A stretch of 64,000 bases of DNA from Camelus ferus (lineage: Eukaryota), in NCBI RefSeq assembly GCF_009834535.1, contig NC_045696.1:70124001-70188000 (forward strand). The letters run 5' to 3'. The notes under the pieces are model-generated. The model had not been told where the DNA came from. It worked only from the letters and a program-made list of their open reading frames with translations, and did no database searches. A program made the translations under genes and the position numbers. This document shows, piece by piece, positions 35,358 through 50,143 of this stretch; the stretch's first letter is position 1; each line of letters begins with the position of its first letter.

Positions 35358-38300
35358 CTTAGTAAACATGCACTGAGCATGTACCAGACATTGGGTTACC
35401 ATGCCATGGATGATGGAATAGAGACAGTTTAAACAGTCCCACCCTCAAGAAGTATACAACCTAGTGTGCCAGATAGGCAAGTAAACAGGTAACCAGAAAG
35501 CAAGGCAGAATTAAGAAAGGCCTCAAGAGCTGCGTGAGCCATGACACAGCAGCAGGTGGAATGACTAACTCAAGCACCAAAGTGGGACCTTGAAGAGTAA
35601 GAGTCATACCAGTGGGAAAAGAGTGGGGGGTGGGAGAGGCAGAAGTGCTACTTGGAAAAAAGCAGACATTCTTATCAAAGAGAATTTCATAAAGAAAGGA
35701 ATGGAAGGTAAGAAAACAAATGGCTTTTTCCAGGAATGGCAAGCAGTTTGGAATAGTTGGAGCAAAAGGTGCATGGAGGGCAGTGACAAGAATAGCTCTA
35801 ACTATAAGGTGGTGCCACATCATGAAAAGTTTTGAATTCTTGGCTAACTAGTCTCTTTTCACTGATCAGAAGAATTTGGCTTCTTAAAAACCGTTATTCA
35901 TTACCCCCGCAATGATCAGAAAACTTTTGTTCAAGACCACACTAACTAGAATGAGCAAACTATATAGTTTCTGGAGTCATGCTATCACATTAAATAATGT
36001 GCGTATATCTTATTAGCAAAATAGCATTGTTTGGGGGACATAAAACTGAGACAGACTTCTCCTTAAGTCATTCCCTGGCACAAACCCATTTTTTTCAGAG
36101 CCAATTCTAGAAATCTAACAGTAGACAGGAAGGTATAAACATGCTGGCCTTTGAGCAAAAAGGGTCATACCACAGGAAATCAACATACTGAGATGTATTG
36201 AGAATATTATCTAAGGGCTTAGGACAATTATATATATTGCTAACAGAACTGGCTATGAAATTTTCAGAGCTAGTACAAAATGAAAATGAAACACCCTTTG
36301 TTCAAGAATCAACTTTTAAGAATCTCAAGATAGATAACACAATTACACTATACTTCAATTAAAACTGAGGTATAGTATAAAACTGACTATACTTCAATTA
36401 AAAAAAAATTAGAAAAAAGAAGAGTGAAAATACCATGAGAATATAATGGAGAGGGCATGTGCATGAAAATATGGAATCCATTCTCATTTTCCATATTAAT
36501 AAGAAAAATTAATTTACTTAAGACCCTGAAATACTTTCAAGTGAATAAAATGGTACAGTATAAATCTTAGATAGTTAATATTGCTTGTCATTTTGAATTT
36601 TTACTCTAATTTAACATTTCACAAAAATTATGTATATTTGTAAACCGAGTTAAAAGAGCTCTGATGGACAGAATAAAATCAGAATTAAAGAAAATCCCCT
36701 CTTCCCCTCTCCCCTCAAAAAGAATTTTAAGATAGAGACAGAAGAACATTAAACCAAGATCAGGGCCCTGAGTAAATGCCCCGATTACACACCCATGAAG
36801 CTGGCCTGACTGCCAACTCTAACTTTTAATGACAATCCAATTAGTTTCCACAGCCTGATACGTGTATAACAGCTCTCAAGTTCAAGTGTGAACTTTTGGC
36901 ACCAATTTACGCCCCATCTCCACCAGTGCACGTTCCTCTCCACCTTCCCGGGCAATGATGACTACCAGAGAGCTGTTCTTGGAGCTGTGCTAACTCCTTC
37001 ACCTGTTCTTATAATGTTGTTCTTCTGCTCACTGAAAACTCAGGCTTTCTCCCCTTAACCTTTTGTGTTGAAAACTTCCCTTCTTCATAAAGTGTTCAGT
37101 AACAGGAGGTAAGATAATATGCTCCCAACCACATCCAGCATTTCAGCTTAAGTTAATGCACTGTTTAGGCTCCTATTCACGCAGAGTGTAAGCACAGCTG
37201 CTACTGCTGCTGCTAATACCGATGATGTGGCTGAGAGCCCAGGCACAGTGCTGGGCACTTCACAGTCCTGAAAATGGATCAGTGGACGACCCCACTGCTA
37301 TCTGATTTCCCTGTCCTTTGCATTTTAGTCCTATTCCTCAGTATACTAACACTCTCCCCGAAGGAAAAGCAGAGGAAAGTGGGGGAAGAAAACACAGGTC
37401 AGACAATTTTGGTACTTGTTAATAGGGTTGGTAAGAAAAAATTGTTAATGACTTTAAAAATTTTTAAACTATCACTTAATTACAGCTTCTATATTATCTA
37501 CATTTCATTTATTCTCCCTGATTGATGTTCAATGGATAAACTCGAACATTAGGTTTAAGTGCAATCAATAAGTTGGCTACCTTAGGCAATAAAATCAGAG
37601 AAGACACCATGTCTTTCTGAATTGCATTAATTTAATATACATAACTTTAGCTGTCAATAGAAAAAAATGAAATAGATCTTTTACTGTAGCTGTGAATTCT
37701 ACTCAACCAGTTGATACGTACAGTATGCTGAGCCTTGTGCTTCATGCTATATTAAGAAGGTGCAAGTTTTCATGTTATTAGTGTACTACTATCATTGAAG
37801 AACTTCAGACAAGACCCTCCTGTGGTCCTGAACCTGAATCTGGATCAGAGAGTCTGAGTGGGGTTAATTTGTTTAGACTTCACCAATTTTAGAACAGCAG
37901 CAGATCTAAAGTCAGATTTCTCAACAGATTCGAATTAAACTCTTTGGATTAGATTACTCCTATTTGCTTTAGCTAGACAGGAATGATTTCAGTCTACTAA
38001 CAATTTCCAAAGCCCTGTATATGTAGCTGAAGTTTGGCACACAGTTTATCTTTTTCTCCATTTTGCCTTTTTATTTTTGATTTGAGAAGACTGTATACCC
38101 CCATCCTGTGAATATGAAGGAGGGAGGTTTTCTTTTTTACATGCATAAGATCTATCTAGTACCTCAGGACATTTTGTCTCCTGAGCCACAGCTTAACAGC
38201 ATTAGTAAAAGCAGTTCAGCCAGAGGGGAATTGAACAGCAGCTGAGTCAGTCTAATAATTTACACTGGGGAAAGCCCTTGGAATTCAGAGGCACATTGCC

Positions 38301-40699
38301 CAGCTGGAGAGACAAATCTAATCTCTGCTAATGATGTTCCTCCCTCTCTTTCCTATCAGGGCTGGGCTTTTTACACATGCGCACATAATTACATATGCAC
38401 ACTCGGAGTCTAGTGAAGCCAAACAACACAGCTCTTAGGATTAAATTACACAGTAAGACTTCCAGGCGTCATCTGGCCTCAACATCCTGTCTAATAAATG
38501 CTGTTCCGTGGTTCACACTGTGGAGCTGTTAAAGATCTTACGAGTTCAAAAACACATTATAGCTACATTCTAAAATTCAAAAGTTATAGTAGTATGGTGA
38601 TATTATATTATAAAAAGTGATAATATAATATTATTTGAGACTGAATATAGTAAGTTTGACTTCTTAAATTGACAAATAAATATATATTAGGAGACAGACA
38701 CATGGACTTTGTTCTAGAAAGGACTTGAGGCTGTTGACAAAAATGCACACAGAACAGTAGGTAAACAGGTAAAGGGAAAATGAGAATAAAAAGTTAAAAA
38801 AAATCCCAAGGCAAAAACCATCAGACAAAAATAATTTGTATACTAACAACTGTTATAGATGGTTCACAAATTTGAACCAGAGCTGTCTGTGGATCAAAGT
38901 AAGGAGAAACACAATTATCCAAGTAAGAAAAACATAACCAACCGTCCAGGAGAAGCAGTTTTACACTACCTAGGCCTGAGAGGCCTTTGTTCCACTGATC
39001 CTCACAAGATGATAAAATAGCCTCAACAACACTCTCAAAGCAAATACAGCAGCATTTCTTGGACAGTTTTTAGAGCACAACAGGGTAAGATTCCCAAGTA
39101 TTCTGGAAAAGCAATACTCACAGTAAGAGATTCCAAGAAAACAGCTGAAAGTCTGATTTAATCCAGAAGGACATGGACTACATCTCCTTCGGGAAATATT
39201 CCCTGACCATTATTTATCACACTCAATCTTTCAAAAAAATTGAGTAGCTAAGAATTATAGGTTCTATTCTCTGTCAAAAACCTGGAATGCAAACACTCTG
39301 GGTTTTCATATAAGGGGTAGACCCATAAGCTTTAAGAATCAACCAAGAAGAAGAAAGAGTTGACAACTCCCTATGAAAATTCAGGAATCTGACCACCGAA
39401 TTTGTGCCTCAAAACCACATTTCCACAGGGAAGTGGACCAAGAAAAATAAACCTGACCATGCGTTTGTTTATTTTTTATTGTAATGCATAATGTTCTTCC
39501 CATCTTGATGAAACTTTACTTTTCCCAATATTTTTATAACTATTTTTATACAGAGCCCTTTGCATATAGCATCAATTATTTTAAAAAGGAAGCAACTTAA
39601 TAGTTAATACCTCTGCCGCCTTACTGAAGTTGAGTGGGGAGCGGTGGGATAGTGAGTCACCATCTGGGGCTATAAATTATAATCCTGCTCCGTGGTAATG
39701 GACGGAGGGCTGATCCATGCAGCTCCCCGAGGAGCAGCCATCTATCAGTGCAGCCATCCAGAGAAGGGACTGGGGGACAGGGCAACTCTGAGCCGAGACA
39801 AGGGACTCTGCTACGGCGGAGGGACACAGTGCGGTCAGATTTTCAGCTCTGTCTCAAGCAACCTTCAGACAACACCACCTCCAACCCCCATACCAAATTT
39901 CTGAAATAAGAAAATTATAGGGAAAATTCTCACACTTTAAATATTGGCAATTAGAGAATTCAGGATTTGAGAAACTCAGGGCCAAAAAAAGTCCTTAAAT
40001 GAGAGAGAACAAACAGTAGGTTCCGACCTGCTTCATCTGTTTTTAATGAATTTAAAAATATGCCTCAAGAAGAAAAGGTGACATTATTTACCGCAAAATG
40101 AAAACTGAGACGTTAACCCAGCGACAAGCTACAGGATTTTGCACGCACGCGTGTATATAAACTAGCACCGCCCCCAAACCAAGCGCTCTGGTGGCTGATT
40201 ATTTTCTTCCTCTTACTAAGGGCTTAGCTGCTTTGGACTATTTTCTCCAAATATGATAACTTCAAAGATGGTAGAAGCACGTCAAAAGAAATCAGAGGAA
40301 AGGAATAATCCTAATAAGCAGGGAAATAGTACAGAAAATCAAGTTTATAAAAAATAATCAGAAAATGACAAGTCAAAAAAAATTTTCAGGTAGGATACTT
40401 TTTGAGGCCTTACATTAAGCCTTAAAGGGCACCTGAGATCATTCTTAGAAAGAGAATACAAGCAACTGGGTTTTTGGTATGTTGCTTAAATACCTAAAGC
40501 TTAGACCTAAGCTTCTAAGGTATTCAAGGACCTTATTACAGACATTCTCACATCAGTTCTCACCACAGGCATCTGAGAAAGGCACTCATTAGATTTGCCA
40601 CCAAAATCACAAAACTACACCATTTCTGTGAGGAAGGTGGTCACAAAAAACTCCCATTTCTGTGAGGAAGGTGGTCACACCTTAGACATTTTCTGTTCA

Positions 40700-41330
40700 G
40701 CTCATTCACTGAATCGACAAATGCTTTGTTAATCGCCTAGGGTGCTGGCTCTGTGTTAAGCAATAAGGACCATGCAAAGATGAACAAGACAGTACATGCT
40801 TGCTCCAGAGGGGCTTACAATCTAACAGAGGACATACATGTAAACAAGTGATTAATATGTAGTATGGGAAGCTCTCTGATAGAGATGGATACAAATTTTT
40901 GAAGTACAAAGAAGGGAAAATTGCTCTCCAGGATGAATTGGGAAGAGGTATACAGAATATGAGTCAGAGGAACAGGCATGCACAAAGACATGGACATGTG
41001 AAAGAAATCATGCTGTTAATTTGGGAAGAGGGAAAGATGTCAGCAGGGCTGATGGGAAGTGATCAGAGATGTAGAAGATAGGAATGGAAAAATAGGGTAG
41101 AGAATTTTTTTTTCTCTTATGGGCAAAGAAGCATGGAGAAGTGAAGGGAAGTGGCCTGATTAGATTTGAAAGATGATTCTGTTTAAGGGTAGAGGTTAGA
41201 TGAATGGATGGAGGATGGGAAAAAGTTATGAGAGAGAGAGTGGAAAGAATCTGAGCGATACTGAGAAGGCAGAAGTGATAGACTCTAGTGACTGCTGGAT
41301 GTGATGGTGAAAGAGGGTTTTCCACTGGGG
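40700..41330 (-). mobile_element. L2 LINE remnant
   Basis: cattcactgaatcgacaaatgcttt...ctgtgttaag...cttacaatcta followed by a purine-rich L2-like body. Confidence 0.55.
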
Positions 41331-41794
41331 CACATTAGAAACTACCACTGATCAGGTAGAAAATTCAGAATAAGTGTCAGCCAGGGAACTGCAATGAGGA
41401 GGTAATAAGCGAGGGTTTATATTTCACAGACTCTACCAGGCAAGGCAGTTGGAAACGGAATAAGGAAGTAGCTTAAACTGAAACTGGGACAAAGGGCTAC
41501 AAATATTGTTGGAGAGACAAACACGAGGGAAAAGTTTCATGTAATTATTACAGTCAGGTCAGGAGAGGTATAAATTCTATGGACTTGCTTAGTCCTTAGC
41601 TCGTTGGTGAGTATTATCCCTTTCTCAAGGGTTATTTTATCATTGGCTTTTGTCTGACGTTCCTCCTGAATCCACCACATAGCTCCTTTCCCTCCCCCAC
41701 ACCTCACACCCATACACACATGACTAACCTCCTAGCCTCTCCTCAACTCAAGTATGTTCCTTTCTTCAAAATCCTCTGCCTTCCATGAGCCACT

Positions 41795-41895
41795 TTTATA
41801 TTTTATTGAAGTATAGTCAGTTTACAAAGTTGTGTCAATTTCTGGTGTACAGCATAATGCTTCAATCATACATGAACATACACATATTCATTTTC
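41795..41895 (-). mobile_element. Short L1 3' end with TSD catgag(c/a)cactttt
   Basis: ttttattgaagtatagtcagtttacaaagttgtgtcaatttctggtgtacagca. Confidence 0.8.
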
Positions 41896-44800
41896 ATGAG
41901 ACACTTTTGAGACCTCCACAAAAAAATCAGTGGTAGTTAAAGAATGTAACAGTAAACACAGATAACAAACTACTATCATTTAAGGCCAAATCTATTTTCT
42001 GATTAGCTATTTATACCTTTATTGTTTCATTCCTTTATTTAAACTTTAAGTCACCTGCACAGAACACTACTTCTGAGTTCTAACCATCATTAAAAATTAG
42101 GACTATCTAATATGGACATCACTGTTCTAAGGACTTTCAGAGCAGTTACTATTTCCATGAATATCAGAGTATATTTGCATTGACCTTGAGAACTCAGGCT
42201 CCCAGAGAAGACGATTCTGATTCCGCATGATCTGCAAGAGACAGGAAGGATGATTGCGAAAGTATAAGAAGGAAGTTTGTACTGCAATTCTACAAAACTT
42301 TCCTAGTGCATGCTAGGTGCTGTGCTTCTTAGAAGCCGTGTGGGGATATAAAGGTGTAACGAGGGCATCCTCTTTATCTTTTGGTATGCCTTATATATTT
42401 CATAATTTAAAAAAAAAAGGTCCCTACTCTTCAGTGCTTTAGCCCAGTAGGGAAGTTAGCCACAAACACAAATGAAAAGCCAGCCATGATGCATGCTATA
42501 TAGGGGTTCAAAATACCGTGGGATAATAAATAATAGAGTAATCTTTCTGTTGCTGAGGAACAAGAGTCTGGTCATCTATCTTTATAAGGCTATGAGACTA
42601 AAAATTTGAAACTTGGGAATAAGATGTCTTTCTCGTTGATACATCTGATAAGCCTTAAATAAATATTTTTGAATCTACAACTGAAAAGACATTAGGGCTA
42701 GCCCATTGGATCTCAGGCCCAAAGCTGCTGCCAGGTCCTCTTTCTAAGGCTCTGGGTTATTTTTCAGAACAGATAGCACTGCTTGTCAGCGCCTGACACC
42801 GCCATTTCCAATGTTCCTTCCCCCAAGTCTGTCCGTATTGACCTCAAAAACCCTTTCAGAGTCTCTCAGCTTCTCCCATCTTAGCCAATCAGTGTTGTAT
42901 CCTCCCCTTTACGACCACCCCCTTCCCCCCAACACAAAGGGCAAGGGGTGACCTTAAAGCTTCCAGTGTATAATTTCACAGGACACAAAGGTTGCAGATT
43001 CCGTTTAAGTGCAGTCCTTCCAGAAGGCAGGGAGAGGCCAGGCGACCTTTCAAAGTCCCCCGGCATATGGACAGGCTCTCATCCACATTGCCACTGGGAC
43101 CAAAGCCTGACAGGAATATAAAAAAGCCACTGGCTCCAGGCCACTCCACAACCCTCATGTGAGGCAGGAAACTGTGTTTTTGTGTCTTTTTGATCATATG
43201 ACTTCTTAGATGTAAGAACCAGACTGATGACTTCTTTTTCCCTCCTCTAAAAAGGAGAGGGGGAAAAAAAGAGCCCTGTTTAGTGCAGGGAGTTTCTCAC
43301 ACAATTAAAAGGACTTAGATTTTCTCCATAAAAATCAAAATAAGTTTACCCACAGTACAACACAAATATTTGCTATGCTAAAATATGCTGCATCTAAAGC
43401 ATTTATACACTGCATAATAGCACTTAATACTACTCAGCTTTTATGACTTCAGTAATTTTGCAGTTTAATGATTTGGAAATAAGCTACCAGGAGTCAGGAG
43501 TCCCAGCTGTGTCATAAATTAGTTGTTTGGCCTTGGGCAAGTCACCTAAACTCTCTCGGCTTCAATTTCCTCGTCCGCAAACTGAAGGAATTGAACTAGA
43601 GTGGTCTCTAAGGTCCCTTCTAAGCAACTGAAAAAAGCAATCTGTGAATATAATGAATCAGAACAATCCAGTGATGGAAAGGATATCTCAAAACTGATTC
43701 GCTCTCCCCATCACTGGAAATGCTCAGTCTATGAGAAAAATTATAATATTCTTGCTTAGGTATGGAGGATTGAACCAAGTGACCTCTCCTGGGTCTTTCA
43801 AATGGGAAGCTTCTGTCATCTAATGAATTAGTTCTAAAGACCATAAAACAACCAGAGAATGAAATTAACTTAACAGGAAAGGGGGGGAGGGGAATGCCAT
43901 CTTCTAGGTACAGTGAATGTTTGCTGTTACATTAACAGAGCAATGACAGGTATAGCAAGTCACTGTGTAGCTAATAGGGATTGTTTGTCTTGGGCCAGGT
44001 TGCTAGGTGGTGTAAATAACTCTGCAAATACAACACCTAGCAATGAAAAGGTCTAAATGCCTTCAGTTGCTCCAAAGTGAGCATATACGGTTTCATCACG
44101 TAGAGCCTTCTGATTGCCAGTCAGAAAAACTAAGGGAAGGAGGGAGGAGGATCACAATGGGCTCTCATTTGTTTGGGGGCAGACAGACACTTCTTGCACT
44201 GGTGTGCTCCACTGGTCCATGTTCACAGGGACATGTAACAAGCGAGTGGCAAATAATAACAATAGTCACTGCGTTATCTTACATTTTTATGTTGAGTTTC
44301 CAAAAACTATAACAAACCAAACCCAATTTAAGTTGTAATCCAGCAGTGTGATTCTGGAAACACATAGTGGTAAAGCTTAGTATACTGGGAAGAAAGAGAG
44401 AAAAGCAAAGTATCTGAAATAGGTGATAAACATAACAAGAAACAAAGATCTTACTAAAGAAATTTTTTTTTTTTACTAAAGAAATTATATTGAAAAAACT
44501 AAATTTAGACTGATGAAGAATTAGGCAAAAGAGCTAAATGCTTAATATAGCCCCTGTTCAAATAAAAGCAGATTTTGGTATGCGTTAAGCATGTGAAAGC
44601 TTTAAGCTTTAGAAGGAAAAAAAAAAGCCAGTATCTGTTACGGCATCTATTATACTTATACTTTTTATATACTTTATCTCATTTAACTTTTATACCTTCA
44701 TAGAGGTCAATATTATCATCATATTACAGATGAGAAAATTAAGGCTCAGAAAGGTTAAATAACTTGCCCAAGGTTACACAGTTAGTAGATTGCCTGTTTG

Positions 44801-46306
44801 GTCCATCTGATTTCAAACTTGGTCCTTATAGAAAGTCACTTCTCCTTAGAAAAAGTATATCTAAAATTTGCAGTTATATTTAGTTACTGGAACAGGAGAA
44901 GTTAAAAGCTAAAGAAATACATTTTCATTTTTCCTAATAACTGGTAAGCTGAAAATTTCATGAGATATTATAATTTAAATCACTCATCCTAGTGACATGA
45001 GCTTTAGAGTCGGAAGAATTGGGTCTGAATCCTAGAATCTTTACCCAAACAGCTACATGAACTGGGGTAAATCCTTGAACTCTTCAGGCCATAGTCCAAA
45101 ACATTAATCTTTCATTCTACCTATTTATGAAATATAATTGCTGGCTATTATGCTAGTCATCCCAGGAACAGAAAGAAACACAAGACATGATTCTCTGTCC
45201 TTAAGAGTTATTTTCATTAAATCAGTTTAGTTAAATCAAAATCACTTTCTATATTTTTAATCTTCATCTTTCTTTTAGGCTTCTACTCCAAGCAAAGAGG
45301 TACATAGGGACAAGTGCCAGAAGGACATGGGATAAATGAAAAGTTCTAACACTGACACTAAAGACACTATAGACACAGGACTACTAGGAATAATTATTCA
45401 AACCTTGTAGCCAGCTAGTCCTACCTTGCATCACATTGCTGTTCTCCTTTGTTATGGCCCAAGATGTAAATAACTCTGGTTTATATGCTCACCTCTGTAT
45501 TTTTCTTTGCATTCTCTTCCCTGACCCCATTTCCCATGGTCCTCTCCCTCCAAAACCCTCCCACTGCATCCTTCTGTTCCATCTTCAACAACTTGGCTGA
45601 ATGTTCCTCAGTCTCTTTGAATGAAATGGTTACAGTTGACTTTTCTCTCTTCCTCCCTGCTCACCATCTCTACATCCAGTTAATCACCAAAATCCTGTGG
45701 GTATTTTCTTGTCAGGGAAAATTGTCAAAGACTTTGAAATGGGCAAGAAGACTATAAGGTATCCTTGCCTAGGGTATCACCCCCAATTTATGTGAGACTT
45801 CCTTATTTTTGAGATATTTACAACTCTGAAAATTGCAGTACACATCTAGTAATGCAACTATTTCTTGTCCGTAGAAATGCAAATGAATTGTATCTGGTAG
45901 AATGCAACTGATTATTAATGCCCGGTGGGTATTGACTGGTTTTGCCCCTGATTGCAAAGCCATTTCAGCATTTCACCACTCCTTCTGCCTACATATAAGT
46001 GTGTTCCTTGAATTTCCTTTATTATATCCGTCTGGTTTCCTGATTAACTAATGAGGTAAACAATATCTTTAACATATATTCATTTTATATGTGTATGAAT
46101 TGTTTTACCCTTTTAAAAAGTATCCTTTAACTTCTGAATATATTTGAATTTGTGTTCTCTCCATCACAATAACCCTTTCTAGCACAGGTCATCATCATTT
46201 TTGCTTAGATGATTTTAACAATCCTCTAATTTTACCCTTGTCTCTAGTCTCTCCATCTTATTCCATTCTCTCCATTGCCAGAGTGCTTTTTCTAGTGTGT
46301 AATTCT

Positions 46307-46430
46307 TTTTGGGGTGGGGAGGGGAGGGAGGTAATTAGGTTTATTTATTTATTTTAACGGAGGATTAAGCCCAAGACCTCATCCATGCTAAATACGGCCC
46401 TCTATCACTGAGCTACACCTTCCCCCTACC
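46307..46430 (-). mobile_element. Vic-1-like SINE (antisense) within an L2 remnant, TSD ttctag(t/c)gtgtaattct
   Basis: gaggtaattaggtttatttattt...cccaagacctcatccatgctaa...cactgagctacacc. Confidence 0.8.
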
Positions 46431-48019
46431 ACTTCTAGCGTGTAATTCTGAACATACTACTCAACTTTGAAAATCTCTGGCTCCTAGAATAAAGTCCAAC
46501 CCTCTTGGCATGATTTGCTTCTCTAGCCTCATGTTTGATACAGCCCTGCGAGCCACTAGCCAGACTCAATTCAGTTCTCTGAGTTTACTGCCTTCTCGCT
46601 CACCTCTGGAATTTAGCGCTCGCAGTCTGCTTTGTATTCTGTACACCTGCCTCCATCCAACTCTTGCTTGTTCTTTCGGGTTTAGGTCTGTTATCATTTC
46701 CTTCCAGAATCCCTCAAGTCTGGGTCGATGCTCCACTTATGTCCTCCTCTAGCAGCCTGTGTGTCTTCACTTTTTTACCCCTCCCCTAATAGCACATACT
46801 ACTCTATTGTAGTTGCTCTTTAACCATCTCCTCTACTACTCCATAAGTTCTGTGAGGGCAGGTGCCATGACTTGGTTGTTCACCAATATATCCCCAGTGC
46901 AAGGCACATCAACCAGCACATAGGAGTCATTCAAGAATGTATTCTGAAAGCTGACTTCTCTGTATAGTCCCAGGATAATAACAAACTTTCCTGTACAAAG
47001 CCTTCTCAAGGACCATGACACCACCCCCACCCCCCATGAAAGGACAGGTTATGCTCAAATAGAAGGTACTTCAGTTTATTTGGGCTTTTAAAGTCAGAGA
47101 CAAATACTTAACTCATCTGTTTGTTAAATGGTGAACAGTTCCATAAAATGGCCATTCCTAGAGGAGATGAAAGAGGGTTTTGTTTTACTTCCTCTGTGAC
47201 AGAAAAAAATGGGGGGATGGGAACAGAAAAAAGCGTGAGAAAGGGAAAAGAAGACCAGAATCACAACAAATCACTAAGGTACATGTGATGGGTCCTAGCT
47301 ATTGCTTGACCATTCTTCTTTTTTTTTTTTAAGTCTCCTCTCAATTCTTACCCAAGCAATATTATGAGTTACAGGAGAAATATTGAAAATAGTAACTTTG
47401 TAATAAGGCACAGAAGCAGTACAATATAGGTTTATGATAATTTCCTTAAATCTTTTAGTATTTTACATTCTTTTTCTTCTTTGTTAACTGATATGTCTTT
47501 AGGCCCCATGTTTGATTTATTCTTAAACAAAACCCTGAATTTATTACTCCACCTTAGAAAGAAGGAAATTCTAACACATGCTACAACATGTGTAGAATGC
47601 TTAGCTGAAAGCTAAAAACTTTCACAAGAATAAAATCCTGTTCTGTATTTAGTAAGAATTAAAATGAAGTATTCTCTCAAGATTGTCTACAAAAACTGCC
47701 ACTTACACATCCTTTAAGAAAAATGTCATCTTCTCTATGAAATCTTACTCAGTTCCCAAGTAGGGAAGAAGTACAGTGGCAGAGAAGAGAGCTTGGACCC
47801 TAGAGCCAGACTATCTGAAACTGAATGCTGGTTCCACTGTGAGGAATTTACCATCTTTGTACTTTGGTTTCACCTGGAAATTAGGGACAATAACAGCATC
47901 TACCTCAGCAAGCTGCTGTGAGCTTAAATTGACTATGTAAAGCACAAGGTCTGGCACATGGTGAGCACAATATTGATACCAGCTATTGTTCTTGCTCCAT
48001 CTTCACACTCACATCCTAT

Positions 48020-48530
48020 ACAAGGGTGCTCACAGAGTGCTCTGGGGACTCCTGGGGATCTCTGAGATCGGAAGGGGTCTGTGGCGTCAGAACTATTTTC
48101 ATAACAATGAGACATCATTTTCCTTTTTCACTCATACTCTCACAATTCCATGAATTCTTACAGTGGAATTTCCCAGTGGCTACTCTATGCATTTGATATT
48201 ACAACAGATTGAAAGCAGAAACTGAGATGAGAATCCAGCTATCATCTGCTAAGCCAGACATTAAAAGATTTGCAAAAATCTCTTCTCATAATGCCACTGT
48301 CCTCACAACAAAATGTTGGCGGTGTGGAAATTATAGTTACTTTTCATAAAAAAGTTATTTATGTGAATGTACAATGGTTTTTAAAAATAAATTAATTAGT
48401 ATTAAATTTTTTCTCAGTTTTAATTTCTACTATGGTAAATATAGAAGCTACAATTCACATAAACAGAAACCCTTTGGCATCTCAATTTTTCTTTTTTGGC
48501 CCTGAGACCAAAAAGTTTGAGCATCACTGT
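48020..48530. mobile_element. hAT-Charlie-type MER fossil
   Basis: Starts caagggtgctcacaga, ends aagtttgagcatcactg (MER5/Charlie-like termini). Subfamily not assigned. Confidence 0.55.
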
Positions 48531-49529
48531 TCTATTATATTATAGTGTATGTGTTAATCTCTGCAGGGAGACTGTGAGTATTTGTGGATGGGAATACTAT
48601 TTTCCTTTCTTTTTTAAATTTCTCCAGGTATTGACTGACAGCCTTTTTTAATATGGCAGACAATCAATCAGTGAAGAGAATGAAGCTAACATATAGTTAT
48701 AACTACCATGTACTCAGGGCTTAGTGTATCTTAAACCCAGTGCTCAGCCTTTCATTTAACATCATTAGGTTCTAAAATTATCCCTATTACATACATGGGG
48801 GAAACTGAGAGATATTAAATAACTTAAAGACATAGACAGCTAATAAATGGAACTACCAGGACTCAACCCTCTGACTTGGAAGCCAAGCTCTTAGCCATGT
48901 CAAAAGAGTGAAAACATGTACAGAAAGTAGAAAAGCTATGATTAGGCAAGACAGATTATTTACTAAGCATGGTTCCAGTCATATCTGTCAAGTAGCTAGT
49001 TTACCTCTACCAGAGATCTGTAATTCTGGATTTCTCTTGGATATTCACATTGTGACTTGGAACACTTTCTATTTGGTTTAACACAGAGAGCACACTCTCT
49101 TATACTAATGTTAATAAATCTTTTCTAAGAAGGCCAACCCCTCAACCAGAATGTATTGCCTCCGCCTCTCAAGGAGGTGAACAGGCGGTGCCTCTTAGTA
49201 GCTTTTGTCTCTGAAAGAACTACTAAGATACAGATTTTAAAGTATAACATTATAAATGCAATGTAACAATATTACAAAAATTTGAGAAATAAAGAAAAAA
49301 TTACTCTTTCATCCTAACTCAAAATTTTTTTCACCCTAACTCAAAAATTTCCTTCCATTTTTCACTTGAAAAATTTTAAATGTAACTCTAATTGTACTGT
49401 ACTTGAAACTCCATCTCCTGTTTCTTTTCTCATACCACTACATGGTAGATACTTTTCATATTGATTGCACGGATTTCATCACCGTCATTTTTAAAAGGCA
49501 GCATATATTTTATCAATTGGCTATTAACC

Positions 49530-50143
49530 ATAGTTACTCTTGTTATTTGTGATAGTTAGATTCTATATAAGGTCACCAAGAACAATGCATTAGTGAATAC
49601 GGAACCATTGCTTCTATGAGAAATACAGGGTTCGGTTACTGTGAGCGTTTGGACACATTTTCATCAACCGATCAATACACAGCCTTATTTTATGTGTGTC
49701 TCTACTTAACGACACTTTACTTGATATACATTGTTGATGCATTAACATTGAATTTACAGCCAAGAGCACAATAATTCATGCCTAAATGAAGCTGTTGTCA
49801 CACACCATAGCCTTTATAGAAACACTTCAACACTATGCTTGGGGGCTCTTTTAAATAGTAAAATCACACAACAAAAAACACATGCAAAAAACAAGGTACT
49901 AAATCGACTTGGAGAAGAACACTTGATTACAGTATGAGTGCTGAAACAAGGTGGAGAGCGTTACCTCGTTCCACCTCAGCTGGGAGTGTGTACTTCACAC
50001 AACTCAAATTGTTCACTACTCTGCACATGTCTGCAAGTGACCTTTTGTAAAAGAGCTGCAAGTATTGATTTGGGGGTTAAAATAAATTTTAATGAGTAGT
50101 TGCATTCACAAATACAGAATCTGCAAATAATGAGTATCAACTG
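49530..50143. mobile_element. TcMar-Tigger-type DNA transposon fossil (MER82-like)
   Basis: Imperfect terminal inverted repeats (TIRs): tagttactcttgttatttgt... and ...gcaaataatgagtatcaactg, followed by TA. Confidence 0.65.
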
